Of a stretch of 20,000 nucleotides of DNA, positions 18,994-20,000 are shown one piece after another. This stretch comes from an uncultured virus (IMG/VR IMGVR_UViG_3300001518_000034) (lineage: Duplodnaviria > Heunggongvirae > Uroviricota > Caudoviricetes), in the IMG/VR virus record IMGVR_UViG_3300001518_000034, one strand, 5' to 3'. Every line of letters starts with the position of its first letter. The stretch's first letter is position 1. A program made the translations under genes and the position numbers. The notes under the pieces were generated by a model that saw only the letters and a program-made list of their open reading frames with translations, was not told the DNA's origin and searched no databases.

Positions 18994-19362
18994 ATGAAAG
19001 ATATAAAGAATTTTATATTAGAAGCAAAAACTTTTAATGGTACTTTTGAAGATTGGATAAAATCACTCAAATTAAAATATACCAAAGAAATCCGTAAATC
19101 GTCAGAAATGGAATGTCCACTTGGTGATGATTGTGATGAATGGGAAGAATATATATTAGATGATTTTGATACTATAACAAGTTTTGCATATTGTCCAAAA
19201 TCAAATGAATTTGTTTTATGTGTTGATTCATTATTTGTAAATATTGAAGATGGTGATTTAACTGATGAAATAGAATACTCAAGTTCATTTCCAAAAGATA
19301 TAAAATTATATACCAAAAAAGAAATTGAAGAAACCGTTAAATATTACGAAGAAGATAATTAA
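18994..19362 (+). CDS. Acidic hypothetical protein with capsid-targeting-like N-terminus (candidate internal head protein)
   Basis: MKDIKNFILE-AK resembles the T4 internal-protein capsid targeting sequence MKTYQEFIAE. Followed by a terminator. Confidence 0.65.
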   Translation: MKDIKNFILEAKTFNGTFEDWIKSLKLKYTKEIRKSSEMECPLGDDCDEWEEYILDDFDTITSFAYCPKSNEFVLCVDSLFVNIEDGDLTDEIEYSSSFPKDIKLYTKKEIEETVKYYEEDN

Positions 19363-19377
19363 TTTTAAATAATAAAT

Positions 19378-19411
19378 AAAGGAACTAATCAAATAGTTCC
19401 TTTTATTTTTT
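19378..19411 (+). terminator. Intrinsic terminator
   Basis: aaaggaacta-atcaaa-tagttccttt stem followed by tatttttt. Confidence 0.85.
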
Positions 19412-19465
19412 ATATAGATTTGACTATATTATTATAATTATTATGAAAATATAAATATTTAATAT

Positions 19466-19899
19466 ATGAAAATTTTAATGATTTTATTTTTGAAGAATTA
19501 ATATTAGAATATATAATTGGTAAATGTAATGAATTTAAAGTAAAATTTGACTTATCATTACATGGAGATGAACGTCAAAATAGAGATAATAAACACAATA
19601 ATTTTATTTCGAAGAAAGAAATATCATATACATTATATAAAGTTTCAAAACAAATAAGAGATGATTATGATATAAACAATATACAAGAAAATGATGTTAT
19701 AGGTATAATTGATAAATCTAGAAATGTCGAATATAATTGTGTATGCTCTATTAATATTGATAATGATTTTATTGTATTAAAAGTTATAACACATGAATAT
19801 AAAAATAATTTTGTATTTAAAGATTATAAAAAACTATATAATACATATATTAATGATAAAAAAATAGAAAAAGAATATAAACCTTCTAATATTTTTTAA
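19466..19899 (+). pseudogene. Unannotated ~144-aa gene whose ATG is one base out of frame (frameshifted gene, sequencing error or non-ATG start)
   Basis: A frame is open from 19447 to TAA at 19897-19899 with no in-frame ATG: ...NFNDFIFEELILEYIIGKCNEFKVKFDLSLHGDERQNRDNKHNNFISKKEISYTLYK...VLKVITHEYKNNF...KPSNIF. One extra A in ATGAAAATTTT at 19466 would give MKNFNDFIFEE. Confidence 0.7.
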
Positions 19900-19902
19900 A
19901 TT

Positions 19903-20000
19903 ATGAATAAACTTCAAAGAAAATATATACATAATCATTGGTGGTTAAAAAGAAAAAATATTAACCAGCAATTTATAAATCATATTTGTAATAAATTCAA
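19903..20000 (+). CDS. Hypothetical protein, 3'-truncated by the window edge
   Basis: ATG 3 nt after the previous TAA. The frame is open to the end (MNKLQRKYIHNHWWLKRKNINQQFINHICNKF). Confidence 0.5.
   Translation, partial: MNKLQRKYIHNHWWLKRKNINQQFINHICNKF

Noticed and set aside
449..19316. Short alternative-frame and antisense ORFs in the track (449-643, 5976-6161, 7847-8035, 9571-9786, 12418-12693, 12632-12832, 12862-13263, 15281-15472, 16391-16636, 16527-16826, 17355-17606, 18460-18726, 18987-19316)
   Set aside because: All lie within or almost wholly overlap better-supported genes and have the I/F/L/S-biased composition of shadow frames.
1..20000. tRNA, rRNA, introns, inteins or homing endonucleases
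   Set aside because: Intergenic gaps are short and AT-rich with no cloverleaf seen. The topoisomerase and exonuclease are uninterrupted and of ordinary length.

Overview
Very AT-rich (roughly 20-25% GC by eye), gene-dense segment of a large T4-related myophage genome (jumbo/megaphage-like), probably infecting a Bacteroidota host (no Shine-Dalgarno motifs, Bacteroidota-style lipoproteins). 1-12198 (+) is a tightly packed virion/baseplate operon: large Asn/Tyr-rich proteins, a gp53/LysM-like wedge protein, a hub-like protein and a tube-fold-like protein. It converges on a perfect 32-bp palindrome with a (-) strand gp26-like/gp51-like baseplate assembly pair. After an AT-rich divergent intergenic region come small hypothetical genes, two lipoproteins, a T4 RNase H-type 5'-3' exonuclease and a fused gp39+gp60-type topoisomerase II large subunit. 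The window ends with genes carrying T4 capsid-targeting-like N-termini, one of which is absent from the ORF track because its ATG is out of frame. The standard genetic code fits this window. Best leads: the frame-disrupted RelE/BrnT-like candidate internal head protein, a possible +1/-2 frameshift joining the gp26-like and gp51-like genes, a recurrent ACTATWTTA promoter-like motif, and a tiny lipoprotein packed with Bacteroidota O-glycosylation sequons. All family calls come from motif recognition by eye, not database searches.
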